The notes: generated by a model from the sequence alone, not told the origin. DNA of 64,000 nt from Botryllus schlosseri (GCA_051294905.1 CM119371.1:29204001-29268000), one strand, 5' to 3'. Positions 1-13,295 are shown, numbered from the stretch's first letter. Made by a program: numbers and translations.

Positions 1-179
1 CAGCGAGAACACATCCATTCATGATTTAATGGCTACTCATTTTGGTCCTGTAAACACAAGTGAGCCGTGTTTCGTCGGACAATTTTCGAACAAATTCTTG
101 GAAAAACAATGTTTTCAACTCGGGGCGAGAGCCGGGTTTCAAGCACTGTCCCTCTCCATATTAGTCCTTTATTGGGAAC

Positions 180-590
180 ACGCAAACGCGACGTCGACTT
201 CCGCTCGTTTATCCATCGAAGTGCCCAATCAGCCGTATCGCGCCCGCACGACATTTTTTCGACGGCGTTGAAGAGAAAATACGCTCGTTCAGATCCATTT
301 TGTATGTGTCAATAAGGAGCGAGTACATTTCCGATTGTATATTTGCCATGGCATTCTGGAAGCCTGTATATTTTTCCATGGCATTCTGGAAGCCGTAAAG
401 GAACCTCGCTTCCGTGACTTGCACCTCGCACGCAAACATTTCCGAATAGATTTTCGTTGACGATTTTCGCTCGTCCGCATTCAGTTTGTTCCAGTCGGCC
501 ATATCTTTGCCGATATCGACTTCCTCGACCGTCCAGAAAGAGGCCTCGGCCTTTTTGTGCAGATTCCAGGTACTTGATCGGAAAGGGAGC
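180..590 (-). pseudogene. RRM2: Ribonucleotide reductase small subunit (R2/beta) fragment; intronless, frameshifted, internally deleted
   Basis: Joining minus-strand frames gives [96 protein letters not shown], the diagnostic class Ia R2 motifs in the correct order. The LAFFAASDG segment is deleted, the iron-ligand His in ENIHSE reads Q, GFQNAM is tandemly duplicated and the C-terminal half is missing. Confidence 0.92.
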
Positions 591-624
591 TTTCAACGTA
601 AAGTAGACAAGTTCTAACATTTGG

Positions 625-2390
625 ATGAGTCTTATATCGCCTACTCATGTTAGCAGCTGTACTGACGTTTGCAGTGTAACCGGATCCGTTCGAGGTACTG
701 CGAGACGAAGGCGACACCAGCTGCACGCTGTCAATCAAGGAAGACACAAGACAGCGTGCGCCCCACTGTACAGACAGATGAGATCGTCGAAACATTTGCG
801 ATACTCGCGGATTGTTCCCAACATGACGGCGCAACAGCTCTTCTTGACGCAGCAGCACGTACCAGCGCGTCAAGGATCTGTTCGCAAGTTTCGGCTCAGA
901 TTCGCTTTACACACAGAGTCCTTGCGTGAGCTCGCGAGTTCGATTGGTATTTATGAGGGTGGATGTCCAAAAAGTCGTTTACGAAAGTAAACGAGGTTGC
1001 GCCCGACTGCTATTGTGCAGCCCGGCGATATCCACTCAGTCGCATATCCTTTGTCAAACGCATTGTCGCATATCCTTTGTCAAACGCATTGCCATATAAT
1101 GTATCCTGAAGGCCACAATATTTAAATAATGAGTTGAAGTCACAAAGGCGAAGTCGAAATTTGCAGGGGGCATTCTTATCTATAGCGATTAGGCCACTGC
1201 GTTTCTAATTCATTACAGTGTTCTGAAATGTCTTGTTACGTTGATTATTTATTAGTAGCTCTCGAGGGGTGCGTCATGTTGCACCGTCGACTGGCTTCAT
1301 GTTGCAACGTCGACTAACTGTTGCAACTGTGTCGACTAACTGTTGCAATTGTGTTATGTTCCAGCATTGAAATAATGGTCGATACGTTCGAAGATGTTGG
1401 CACGCAGCATTGAAATAATGGTCGATACGTTCGAAGATGTTGGCACGCAAACGCGTGGACAAAAATAAAGGCCGCCAGTCCGCAGGTGCGTCAGAACGGC
1501 GAGCTCGTGCATTACCACGGAGGAGTCTATGAACCTCGTCAAATTTGATTTCAAGACGCACAATTAAAACATCTTTGTTTTATAGCACGTCTTTTCGTCG
1601 CAATGCCAGGTGACGGAAATGAATATTCATCGTCAAACCATTCAGTTTCAGCGCTATTCTCAATCGCCATATTCAAATCCTCCAGGCTCGTCGTATCCTC
1701 GTTGAGACTATATCTAGATAGTGAATTCTCGTTCAAGCTGACGATAATGATTCCTCGGGTGTTGCGGCTGTAAGTCACAATGGTTAGGGGATTATCGGCG
1801 GATGTACCGATCTATTTTACACTGCATGAGTGTATAATATGCTACAGAACTATTCTCGCTGCTTTGATTTTCGTAAATTCACATATCGTGTCCCAATATC
1901 GGGTGGGTCAATGGTCATCATGATCATGCTATCCTCCGCTTTGTCGATATATTTGCTTGTGGCAGGTGAACAAATACAACTTCTGTACTTTCCATTCAGC
2001 TACGGCAGAATTGAACATGGTTTATCCATGTTGTGTGATCGAAAAATTCGTAATTATCTCATCACCTGTATGGCAGACGAATGAACAGTCGAGACTGTAA
2101 CCTATGAAGTATCTCAATCACGTAGCGCATCACGCACCGCCCCCTACCCTCCTGAAAAAAGACGCAGTGAATACCGGCGACAACAATCTGAACTGACTAA
2201 AGTTAGTCGCGCATGGACACTTATGCATTGCTTAGTCGTGCAACTACTTGATTCCAGAACTACGCGCGTGTTGTAGTCCATATCTTCCCACATCTGCTGG
2301 ACTCGATACACCAGAAATGAAAGCACGGCGTTGACAGCGAATTCCTGTATGGTAGACAACTCTCGGCCACGTATGTGATAATTCATAATA
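625..2390. pseudogene. Cluster of decayed, intronless ORF remnants of unknown function next to the R2 fragment
   Basis: More GC- and CpG-rich than the flanks, with protein-like stretches broken by stops and frameshifts: + strand ..YQRVKDLFASFGSDSLY..RLVFMRVDVQKVVYESKRGCARLLL (about 850-1030); - strand 1274-1778 and 2144-2386. No family recognised. Confidence 0.4.
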
Positions 2391-3105
2391 ATGCAGGGAG
2401 TATTATCGCTGAAATGAGGTCATCAATTCGGCTTTCTTGTTCGCAGCTTAGATAGACCGTATCAGCACTGCGCAATTGCGCACGCGCGCAACTCATAGGG
2501 AACAGTCCCTGTAACTGTAATTTTCGTGAAAGAACGTTAAGCTATGACATTGTGCCTGCCGACATTGTATGTAGGCCCAGACAATTTCCGCACATTTTGA
2601 CCTACCGACATGTATTTGATCTTACCAATTATATTCATCCCTTCCAAATCCGAACCTAATTGTACGCTGATGAACCTTTATCGTGCCTCGTTCAATCATC
2701 AGAATTTTTCTCAACGTACTGTCGACTTGCACCCTCTACATATGTGCGTGCCTGGTCACAATTTTGTGTCCGTAGTGTACATTCAACTGAATACTTCACT
2801 AAAGAATTCACGAACCCGTCTCTAACAACCACGACCCCAGCCTGATTGAATTGTCTTATCGTCTAAATTGTTTCTGAAAAGTGTGAAAAAAATTTAACGA
2901 CTATCACAGGATGGTGAATTGACGATATATAATATCACCATATAAAGTAAGAGACAGAGAGATCGCGACAGTTTGTTTGTGAATCCGATAAGTGCTTGGC
3001 ATTAAAAAATACTATCTAAATATTTGTCCACGACATCAATATAACCATAGAACCACATCACGGTCATCGATGCTGTATGGTTCTGACTAATCAAATTAGT
3101 TCTGA

Positions 3106-6100
3106 CTAATCAATGAAATTCGAAATTATAATAACAACGAGAAGACAGTGATACAAAACCAGCCAAAAGTCTGTTAGGACGTTGTTATGCCCGGAGGCTA
3201 TAGTAGTAGGCAGCTTGAGGGTCGACCTCTTCCGTCGCGCGATTTTTAATCGCTCAAGCTCGACCAAGATGATGAATTGCGCAATTTCCAATCGTATTAA
3301 CTTGAGAAACAGGTCTTCATGCTCTTTGCCGCGTGACTCCCGTTGGGCAAGCATGATCTCAGTCCTCACTATTGACTCTTCCATCCTCATTGCCTTTTCC
3401 GCCATCCTGGCTACTTTGATGGATACCTTGTCGTGGCGAATAGGCGTACTCGAGCCAACCGGCGGTTTACCAAATCGCAGAAAGTCTGTAAAATATGGAG
3501 GTTAGTTGGTGAGACTAATCCAATATCTGTGTTTAAAATGAGTGGGAATGAGTGGGAGGGAAAAGAGTACACACTCGAGTCTTAGGCGACTAGACCATGT
3601 GCATTGATACTGGCTACGTTGGGTCGAATAAGGCATCAGCGCCATACCAAGGATTTAACAGGGTTGTAACCACGTCAGAAGGTTCCGAATCACAAGTCAA
3701 TCTCACTTTTATAGTTTTGATTCGGGTCAATTCGAGTCGTTTTCAGTCCACCATCGAGTCCAAGTCACAGAGTAGGGTGTCTAGTCCGAGCCATTGTTTG
3801 GACTCGAGTCCCGAGTCCAGTCATTGTGCTAACTGTTCGGTTCCGAGTTAATGTCATGTGAAACCCAGTTTTTACAACTCTGCTCGGTCATATCCAGACA
3901 TGGGGTGATTACTTCATGAATGTAATCGATTGCGATTACGATTACTTCTGAATCACGCAATTGCGATTACGATTACAGCAAAATCAGGAAGTAGTCGATT
4001 ACGATTACATTGGAAAACTAATCACGATTACGATTACATTGGAAAACTAATCACGATTACTCACGATTATATTCATTTTGCTTCTTAGAACTAATAAGAT
4101 ATATTGAAGACAATATAAGGATTGCGTCGAAAAGGCCTAATGAGATAACAACTTTCTCATTAAAGGATGCGCTATTTGCTTGTACGTCATAATGTACCCC
4201 AACTCAATAAGGGACGATTGATCGCATCCAACGATTTGCATTCTTGCCAGGTCCGTAACTGCCGCACCCCGAACTCCCCAATAGGGTGGTGAGAGCGCTC
4301 GAAGGGGACTCGAAAGTATTTGGTAAAACCAACATAAATTATTGAGTATTTTCGTGAGATTTGATTTCGTGAGACTTGATTAACTTGGAACATTTTTTTT
4401 CGGGCTTCGCAATTTAAATGTCTCTTGATAGCTTGATTTTGAAATGCATACCTCTCACCCTCATGAAAAAAGTATCCATAATTTACAGGAATAAGCATTT
4501 TGGTGCCGGTCATTACCGGGCCACGACATACCAAAAGACAAATGCAGTTTCGGCCAACATGCGACTCCATGAAGAGTATTACTAAAGAAAGACCTTGGCC
4601 AAAACTTTGAGCATGTGTCCATTGTCAATAGCCGCGCTGGGTGTGCGTGACTAATAACCATATCCTTAAAATCTGAGTCTACAATACAAACGCCACCCGG
4701 GCCACCCATAGAGGAATAATGAGAGGGCAATCACGAAAGTTTTTCTTTTCTTCATATACGTTTAGGTGACTGAAATATCTTTCGATGTTATATATAACAG
4801 ACTGGAGGTCACGAATTAACAACATACAATAAAGTAATTACAATAACAGACCAGACAATAAAGTAATTACAATAACATACCAGATGTTATAATTATGAAT
4901 TACGTGCCCTCAGCACCACAGGTAAATCTGACTATCGGCGGCTGAGAGAGGCTTAATAATGAATAGTAATATAATGCAATTACTAATATTATTGACGATA
5001 ATTCAACTTGAAAATTGACCATCTTATTGGGGCCCAAGACCAACGTTCGGAGTGCGGGACGACTTGCTGTTTTGGTCCTTATCATGGCATATAAGCGGAT
5101 GGCTATGGCAGCAGGTATAGAATTGCGAAATAACGATTGGCACCCGTTTAAAGTATAGAGTCATATCAGAATAAGATAAAGTGACCATAAAATTGTGCCT
5201 TCTTCTTAATACACATACTGCACGCTGCCGTTACGAGAAACGGCAAAGAACGGTTCGGTTATGATATACATCGGCAGCTGTTGAATTTTTAATGCTTCGT
5301 CGTGGAAATTGTAATGTTTTATTTGGCGAGTACAAAATTTCAGTACAAAATTTCAAATCTTTGCTCGGTGTACGTATGTACTAGGGATGGTGTGAACCTC
5401 TGAAAGGTTCAGGTCCGTGTGAACGTGGTGGTGGTATAATAATCCCATAAAATCAATATCTTCCGTCGCTTTGACAACAACAATCTCGACGAGGACTTGC
5501 AAGGGAATATATAAGCTTACGCCTTAACGGTCCAGGCCAGCCCGACAATGTATTCGGCGTCCGAGTATTGTGACGTTAATATCGAGCAGAGTGTAAAACG
5601 GGATTCTGTACTTACTACCGCTATTATCCCATTAACAAATTGTACTGCAGTAGCCAACACCCCAATTCCACGGATTTTGTTTTTAAGGTACAATAAACAT
5701 ATGAAGTCAAGATTAACCACGTACGCCTGTTAGATTTTTTACATTGGACAACGATATCAATTCCTTTGATTGGTCGAATAATCATAATTCTCTGGCTACA
5801 TGTAGTGCATCGGTCTTGATGTTGTGTCAATGCTTGTCAAGCTCACAGCAGAGTCACTAAATATTCACAAACGGAATGCTGGTTATTTCGAGCAAAATTT
5901 TTGAGATTCTCAAGGTGCATGCTCGTTTAGTGTTGATTTTTTTATGCTGCCAGCGCCATGCATTGAGTGGCCAGCAGTTGAAATGCAATAAATTTCAAAC
6001 AAAGCTATGCAAAGTATAATGAAGTGAAAACTGTAATATGTGAAAATAGGTTTACAGTTCAGAACCTACCAAGGTTCGTTTGTGAACGTGAACCTCTACA

Positions 6101-9100
6101 TTTCTGAGGTTCAACACACACAGAACGTGAACCTCACGTTCGCACCATCCCTGGTACGTACTGGATAGGCCTGCTGCTCGCCAAACACCAACAGACAAAT
6201 TGCGTTTAACTATAAGCATAACCTTTAACTTAAACATCAATACATAAGTTACCATTTGCAACTAGGCAGAATGATTATTATTATCCTGCCGCGAGGTAGT
6301 GGCGTCTGGAGTGTTGCGATAACCTGATGTATCGCACGGCAGGTGTTCTTACAATCACACTACAATGTACGTCGAATATCTATTTACATACAATGTATGG
6401 ATACTTCTTACGTAATCATGAGCGAAGCTAATACCTCTGACGTAATAATGAGCAGTGGTGTTTGTAAATCAGACGTTTATCATTAACCTGGTATAATATC
6501 ATTTCCTTGTGCGCGAATGTCGAGTTTGTCATAGTCCTTGTACAAATAAAAAGTCATCGCTCTTTCACAAAGAAATCGATTAGATATGGGAAGTAGTCGA
6601 TTACGATTACTTCGGAATTTTTTCGAATTTAATCGATTGCGATTACGATTACTTGAAAATGCTGTAATCGTCGTAATCGATTACGATTACTAATCGCGAT
6701 TACCCCATGTCTGATATCGAATGCTTCGCATTCGTAATATACTAATTTCTCACTTTCAACAGTTTCAGGTAGCCTTTTTAACTATCAGTTCTGATATACG
6801 AAATATTATTAGTGTGATAACTTTACTATTCTTCGAAATTACAATGAAATGCCTGACTTGGTAGACCCAGTCACGAGTCATTTGACTCTTGTGGTCCGAG
6901 TCACTGCGCAATGACTGAGTACAAGTCGAGTCAATACACAAATTGAATAGAGTCGACTCATTTTTCAATTTCAAGAAAATGACTCGTGTCAAGTCGAGTG
7001 ACCAAAAAATTGCGACTCGAGTCATTACAACCCTGGGATTTAGACATATAAAATGGCCCTGATTGTATACTAACTACTACGATTGGCCGGTTCTAAGCAA
7101 TACTCAAGTAAGTAAGTAGTTGTGAAATGCCGTCATAGATATGCTCTCATGGTCATGATGAGAAGCTGAAAACTGAGTAATGTGGAGGGAGCAAGGAGAT
7201 GGATTCGTGCTGCTACATCCCAGGAGGTAATTTTACATAGCATCAGAATTCGATCAAATCAGAGGATGCGAATGATAATTTTGCTACCATGGAACACGGT
7301 TTTTAACTTTTGCAAACCCCAGCATCTTATTTCAGAAAAAGTTCTGGAATGGTGCCCTCCCCGGTACTACAGTATCACTTAAGCCAATAGTTAAGGCGAA
7401 GAGCAAGACGGAGGAGTGCATGTGTTATTAGATTGCAATACATATCGCACCCAACGCTTTGCTGGACCATATTTACTGAAAACATGTCATATGAACGACA
7501 ATGTGGTGTGAAAGCCACCAGCTACTACATAAATTATATCAACCGCTATTTTCGTGAAACAAAACTGTCATTCCATATCTACTACGCTCGAAGCTCGACG
7601 AAAATTATGGACTGCACTTATTATTAAATTCTTGTTCGTACTCGATTCTTTGTTGATTCTTTCATGATACCGCAATATTGTACGATTACAACCAACCTGA
7701 AAGTATGAAACTCTTAAGTGTTTTATGCGAGCAGTGCCCATTACTGAAACAGTACAGTGTTTTATTGCGTTTTCCGCCATTACGCATGACCACGAAACAA
7801 ACAATGGAACGTACAATTAATTTCCGTTTAATTTGGACGAAGTGGTTTGGTTTTCCCGCCTAATTCGGTCAAATGTGATCGGCACCAAAGCTTCCGAATT
7901 AAGCGGATTCGGCTTCATATTAAACTGACCTGGGACTGAACTGTCATCTACATCAGGTGTGTCGTCGAATGCATTCCTGCAATAAAAATATACGAAAATT
8001 AAACGAGCAATTTTGACACATCACGGTGCCATTAAAATATGCTTGCACCGTAAACGTTGTTCACGTGAAATGAGCTTAAACACGTATCGATAAGTAGTCA
8101 CCATAGCCGTTACATTTCCTATACTTCCAAATGAGTTGGACACTATTCAATACGTCTACGACTACAATCCTCTGTCAAAATTAAAAAGATCGTTGAGAAA
8201 TTGTGTCAAAATTAAAAATATCGTTGAGAAATTGGTAACGCACGAGATATTGAAAACTTTGTCAAATTTGTGTCATATTTGATTTCAATGCACAAAGAAC
8301 ATAATTTCTTGGGACCATTCGTCTTCTACACGCTGAAATACCGATTCATACTGCCGGAACTTCCAGTGTCAACGTTGTCGTCAATCGCCCTGTCTTCATC
8401 CACCAGGCTGCTGCTGTTTCCCTCCAAACTGTAGATGTATAGAGAGTCTTCGGTCACTGCGGCTGAACATAGAAGTCTAAACAATTTGGAGCTAGCTATC
8501 TTGGTCAACTATGCCAATTTAGTCACAGTATCATGCAGATGGCCACCTATTTTGATCGCTGTTGAAGGTCTCACAATCTCGGCATGGTCATGATTTAGTT
8601 CGGTTGTTTTGTGGCTGCGCGTCACGACTTGGTTACGAGCTATCTGTGACCATAAATCGATGCGTTTCTAATGAGCAAATGAGGTACATTTAACTGATTG
8701 ACGCCGGCTCTATTGTCTGCGTTATTTAAAGAAAATTTTTCAAAATGAACGTCTTAAAATGCATCGCTGTAACCAAGTCATAAAGTTCCGACTCACAAAA
8801 ACTCAATATCACTTTTTATAGTTTTGACTCGGAGTCAAGTCCAGTCCAGATATTTTCAATTCACTACCGAGTCGAGTCATTGTGTTCAGTGTTCAGTTTC
8901 GAGGCAAAGTCTTGTGGTAGGATGTATGCAGATTGCTGATTGTGATATATTCGTACCAGTTCACCGGACTTGAAACGCAGTAAAATTGATTCATTACTGG
9001 AGCTACAGCACGAATAGAGATAGCAACATAAACACACGAAACCTTCGATTCATCGAATGTAACTTGATGACTTGAAATGGTATGAAAAATCAATCGTTGC

Positions 9101-9341
9101 CGATTCAAGTCCTGGGGACAATTTGTTCAAGAGGAATGTCATCACCTGTTTCGGCTCAGGATATCATTATCACGCTACGCGCTGCTTCGAGTATATATTA
9201 TACACTATTATATATGCTTGCTGCAAGTGAAATCGATACAAGGCATGGTAATGTCACGAAAATCACCAACATATCCAATCAACTAGATAGCGGCAGAGAA
9301 CGAGGATTACCTTCAGAGTTGTCAATCCGTGTACTTTCCAT
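3106..9341 (-). CDS. Spliced orphan gene, copy 1 (predicted exons 9341-9311, 8462-8342, 7976-7930, 3485-3106; about 192 aa); acidic N-terminus, SSTP motif, basic predicted coiled-coil C-terminus
   Basis: GT-AG boundaries with matching phases (1, 2, 1) and a CTAAC branch point before the last acceptor (ctaacctccatattttacag). Translation MESTRIDNSEAAVTEDSLYIYSLEG..NAFDDTPDVDDSSVPDFLRFGKPPVGSSTPIRHDKVSIKVARMAEKAMRMEESIVRTEIMLAQRE..; a late frameshift extends the tail relative to copy 3. Confidence 0.7.
3895..6713. mobile_element. Non-autonomous TIR element with gtaatcgattac subterminal repeats (nested)
   Basis: TIRs cagacatgggg...ccccatgtctg, atatc on both flanks; second copy at 46641-47966. 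Confidence 0.85.
5382..6153. mobile_element. hAT-like MITE (tagggatggt.. TIR), third nesting level
   Basis: TIRs tagggatggtg...caccatccctg; TSD gtatgtac/gtacgtac; longer family member at 12019-13295. Confidence 0.85.
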
Positions 9342-10575
9342 TCTAAACATGGTTCGGCGACATGTGAAACTAATATCCATAGCCGAGTGAATAGTTGTCA
9401 ATTCTCTATTAGTAGTACCCTGATAGTAGACTACGGACAAGTTGATAATAGCACACCGAAGATATATTTTAATCACAGCGCTGCATCCATCCTTCTGCAG
9501 ATCTGGGCAACAAATATCGACTGACAACGATCTGAACTGGCTTAAACGAGATACGCAATGACATTTCAAGATTACACTCCCGAAAGTGCAGAGATTTCCT
9601 GCGACACCTTAGCGCGTGTTGAAGGCTATATATCGTCCGTAAGTATAGGCTATGTTAGGTTTGTTTCAAGGATCTATCTGAACTCTTCGCAAAGCACCTG
9701 AACCGTCCAAATGAACTCATCAGGAATGCATCGCTATACAATATACATATACGCCGAGTCGTAACCACAGCGTCAAGATTTTTCTCAGTTATTGATTGCA
9801 CACGCAGCAGGGTGTCGTGAAGCCGCCGGGAGTAATTAACCGCGTTGTATCGCAAGTATTGATTTCACGGAGACTGATAATTAAACATCCTACTGCGCAG
9901 ATATTCTTTTATTTGAAGATTACCTATTGAATGTTGGAGATCTTAACACGGGGAATGGCATCACGAATCACCATATTATGTTGTGGGAGAGAATAATAAT
10001 GACTACATACAATGACCAACAATCTTCCCTGGATTATTCAAAGATAGCATCTGAAATAATTTCATTTCAGCCTATAGCAGACCTGGGCATTGTGCGACTC
10101 GCGACACGATTCTGGTGAATTGTGTGGTCTTCATGTTAATGAGTGGACTAAAACTGTAGGCTGTATAAACTAAACCGGACATGCGTTTACTTTGAAATCT
10201 AGTTTTATGTACCGTGAGTACGTAACCTATGTACGTCGAGTGAGTAATCCAGGTTCAAAATAATGCCAATAAAGTATGCCGTAACAATTGAAGTTACAAG
10301 TCATTGTTTCCATGTTCAAGTTCAAATCGTTTGTGTTGCCACTGATCCATTAGCAATTACGAGGTGTGCGCTTTAACTTTTACGTCATACGTTCCCAAAT
10401 CCTAATTCGTAAAATAATGTATGTCATTAGTGGACATGATTAGCGGTCATCCTCGCCTCACTCATGAACTATTATGTGAAGCAATGAGGCCGAGGACTGA
10501 GGCCGACATTCGAACAAGATTTAGTGCACATACTATTTGTTTAGTGATGTCAGCCATGAACCAGTTATTTTAGTG

Positions 10576-10868
10576 CAGGGGTTCTCAGACTTTTTAGACA
10601 CACCCCCTTTTATGACAGTGAAAATTTTCGCCCCCTCCCTTATCGTCATAAAATAAAATGCAACCAGAATGCTAGCAATCGTGACGGATAGTTTGATGGC
10701 AAGGAAGGTTATGACTGTTGATGAGAGAATTCTCAAATATGAAATATGTACTATACACAGAGCAATAACTATGAAATCGGGGTAAAGTGTACAGCTTCAC
10801 ACCCCTTTCAGATGATTTCACGCCCTCCCTCCCCCAAGGAGGGCGCGTCCCCTGTTTGAGAACCACTG
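10576..10868. mobile_element. hAT (Charlie-type) MITE
   Basis: TIRs caggggttctca...tgagaaccactg; perfect 8-bp TSD ttttagtg; absent from copies 2 and 3 of the unit. Confidence 0.9.
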
Positions 10869-11307
10869 TTTTAGTGTATGATGAGTACCGAGCAGGTCTC
10901 CAAGGAATAAAATTTGAGTCGGCATTATGAGAAAAATCATGCCCCGAAATACGTACACTCGGCTGATGTGGAGACCTGCTTGCGAAGCTAGCAAAACAGC
11001 AAGGCTATCATCAAGCCACACAGAGCTCGGCCTAATATCAACACATCCACTTCGCTCACTGACTTCAATTTACATAAAAAATACTACACGTCACCGTATT
11101 TTCTACTCCACATTTGACCCGCCGGGAAAAATAATTGCTCATCCCTGAACTATGGATAGAGCGGTTCCTTTACTGTTTTTGGTAACAATTTAACAACACT
11201 AGCGGCGCTCTGAGGAATTACAAAATTCCCGAATTTCAGGACTATTCAGGACGCTATTCAAATATGATAGATTGTGGCTCGTGTGTGTTGAGTTTAAATA
11301 AGAAGCC

Positions 11308-11380
11308 TGACCCAGAAGGTACTCGAACCCTCAATCTTCTGATTAGAAGTCAAACGCCTTACCCAGAAGGTAACCAGGCC
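11308..11380 (-). tRNA. tRNA-Arg-derived gene or pseudogene, anticodon TCT, degenerate D arm
   Basis: Reverse complement GGCCTGGTTACCTTCTGGGTAAGGCGTTTGACTTCTAATCAGAAGATTGAGGGTTCGAGTACCTTCTGGGTCA; B-box GGTTCGA intact, A-box/D-stem mutated relative to the copy at 53820. Confidence 0.75.
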
Positions 11381-11439
11381 TCGCGACGGACCATGAAGAA
11401 GACTTGTACAAGCTACCACCAACTTGACCCACTAGATAA

Positions 11440-11860
11440 TTCTTGATGTCTAATTATCTGAATGAAAGCGAAATGTCAGTAATCTAATTCTTATCTAATT
11501 TGTGAAATGTGTCTTTGCTCTAATTGTAATTCTAATCTAATTTGCGAAATGTTTCCACGCTCTAATGGTAACTCTAACATAATATCTGCTTTTTCTGAAA
11601 ATGCTGCAAGCGAATTGTATAGTGCGAAACTAGTCAAGTGCGAAACTAGCCAAGTTGACTGTACATATCTTTACCATCCTCATCCTTATGAGAAATAATT
11701 CCGATTCGATATGAACGGAACTTTATTCACTTTACAAGCATTCGCGAATTCAGTAATTCTAATTCTAATCTAATTTGGAAAAACTGTGTAGGCTACCTAT
11801 AATTGTGATTCTAATCGTATTTAGAAAAGCAGAAAATTTTCTCGTTGTCCAAGTCTGCAA
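11440..11860. repeat. Remnant with tandem aattctaatctaatt motifs (related blocks at about 22800-23250 and 34220-34490)
   Basis: Recurrent taattct/aatctaattt units; same family in three places. Confidence 0.6.
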
Positions 11861-12018
11861 ACTACCAATCTCGCTAGTTGATGGTCGAGACCAAGTAATT
11901 TTGACATGTTTTGAAAATTGCTACTTCTACTTGTAATTTCGTTGAAACTGGGGGCGCTACTAACAACATTGACTAGTTTGACTGCATTGACTCCGTATCT
12001 TCCGTATATAATTTCGAC

Positions 12019-13295
12019 TAGGGATGGTGCGAGCCCCGGAAAGGTTCTGGTTCTTGTGAACGTCACGTGATGTCATATTACTAATTCCAATCCTACATTC
12101 CCGTAAAGTCATGTTGATGTTGTAACCGCAGAAATTGCAGCCTATTCTGGGTACACGACCACGTTGCACTGTCAGCTGTCTACGATTCGGTTGTAAGTCA
12201 AGCACGCGTCTTCTTGGATGAAGTACGGTTTTTTGATGATACAAATTCCCAGCGATAAAGTAACTGACCGAAGGGCCTATACCAAATTCTTAATACAATC
12301 AAATGCGACAGTTAAACACACATCAAAGCCAAATATAACCCTAACCACAACAATACGGCCGTAACTAACACACATCAAATATCACTCCTTTCAGCACAAC
12401 GCGCTGTTCCAAATGAACAAGCACGTGCAGTTGTGAAATTCAATAAACCATTCATGCGTCACAATCAAGAAGCAGTGGTGTATCGCGAACTCATTAAAGA
12501 TTAAAGGGTGAAATTCTGCGGCAACAGATGTATACATGATAACTAGTGACGGCTCGGGCCATATTATGCCACAATACTGAAGTAGGCCTACATGCTGACA
12601 TTTTAAACGTCACCTAATGTATCAACTGTAACAAGCAAATAATTCCACAAAATCAATCTATTCCGTCGCTTTGCCAACAATTTCTACGAGGACTAGACAG
12701 ATATATTCCTAATGGCGAAACAGCGATTTCTATACTTGCGCCATATGTTATCTCAAAAACAAATCATGCAGGAGCCAACCGTCCAATCGGACGGATTTGG
12801 TTTTTATGATACAATAAGGATATAAAATCAAAATAGATCCCGTACACCTGATAAGATTTTTGACATTAGAAATCGATGCATTCTTTACATCAATGTCGTT
12901 GAAGTAATATAATTGATTGGTTGATCGTATGTGAAACTCACATAAGAGATTCACTAAATGTACACAAACGGAATGATAAATGTAGCGTCCAAGCAAACTT
13001 TCGAGCAGGAATTTTTGGAATTGGCAAGGTGCATGTTCGTTTAGTGCTGAATTTCTTGCCGTGCTGCCAGCGCCAAGCGGAGAGTGGTTCGAATTCGGAA
13101 TGCAGTTTGAACCAAAGACGTTATGAAGATGTGAAAAATTGTGATAGATGAAAGAGGTTCACAGTGCAGAGCCTACCAAGGTTCGTTTGTGAACGCGAAC
13201 CTCTAAATTAAGGTTCGTTTGTGAACGCGAACCTCTAAATTTCAGAGGTTCACACGCAAAACGCGTACGTGCACCTCACGTTCATACCATCCCTA
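12019..13295. mobile_element. hAT-like MITE, same family as 5382-6153
   Basis: TIRs tagggatggt...accatcccta; internal homology to 5450-6150; splits sequence that is contiguous in copy 2 (about 24490-24520). Confidence 0.8.

Larger units (their letters stand above)
3659..7035. mobile_element. hAT-like non-autonomous element with gactc/gagtc subterminal motifs; contains nested insertions
   Basis: TIRs cagggttgtaa...ttacaaccctg; TSD ggatttaa/ggatttag; empty site aaggatttagacatatc in copy 2 (about 18613). Confidence 0.85.

Noticed and set aside
3182..3505. + strand ORFs overlapping the orphan last exon (also 18389-18586 and 55875-56228)
   Set aside because: Antisense shadows whose starts, stops and frames differ between copies.
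3900..4070. gattac, aattct, ggatta and gagtc repeat arrays as CRISPR-like or telomeric repeats
   Set aside because: No constant repeat with unique spacers; the arrays sit just inside TIRs of DNA transposons; ggatta is not an extended TTAGGG array; the context is eukaryotic.
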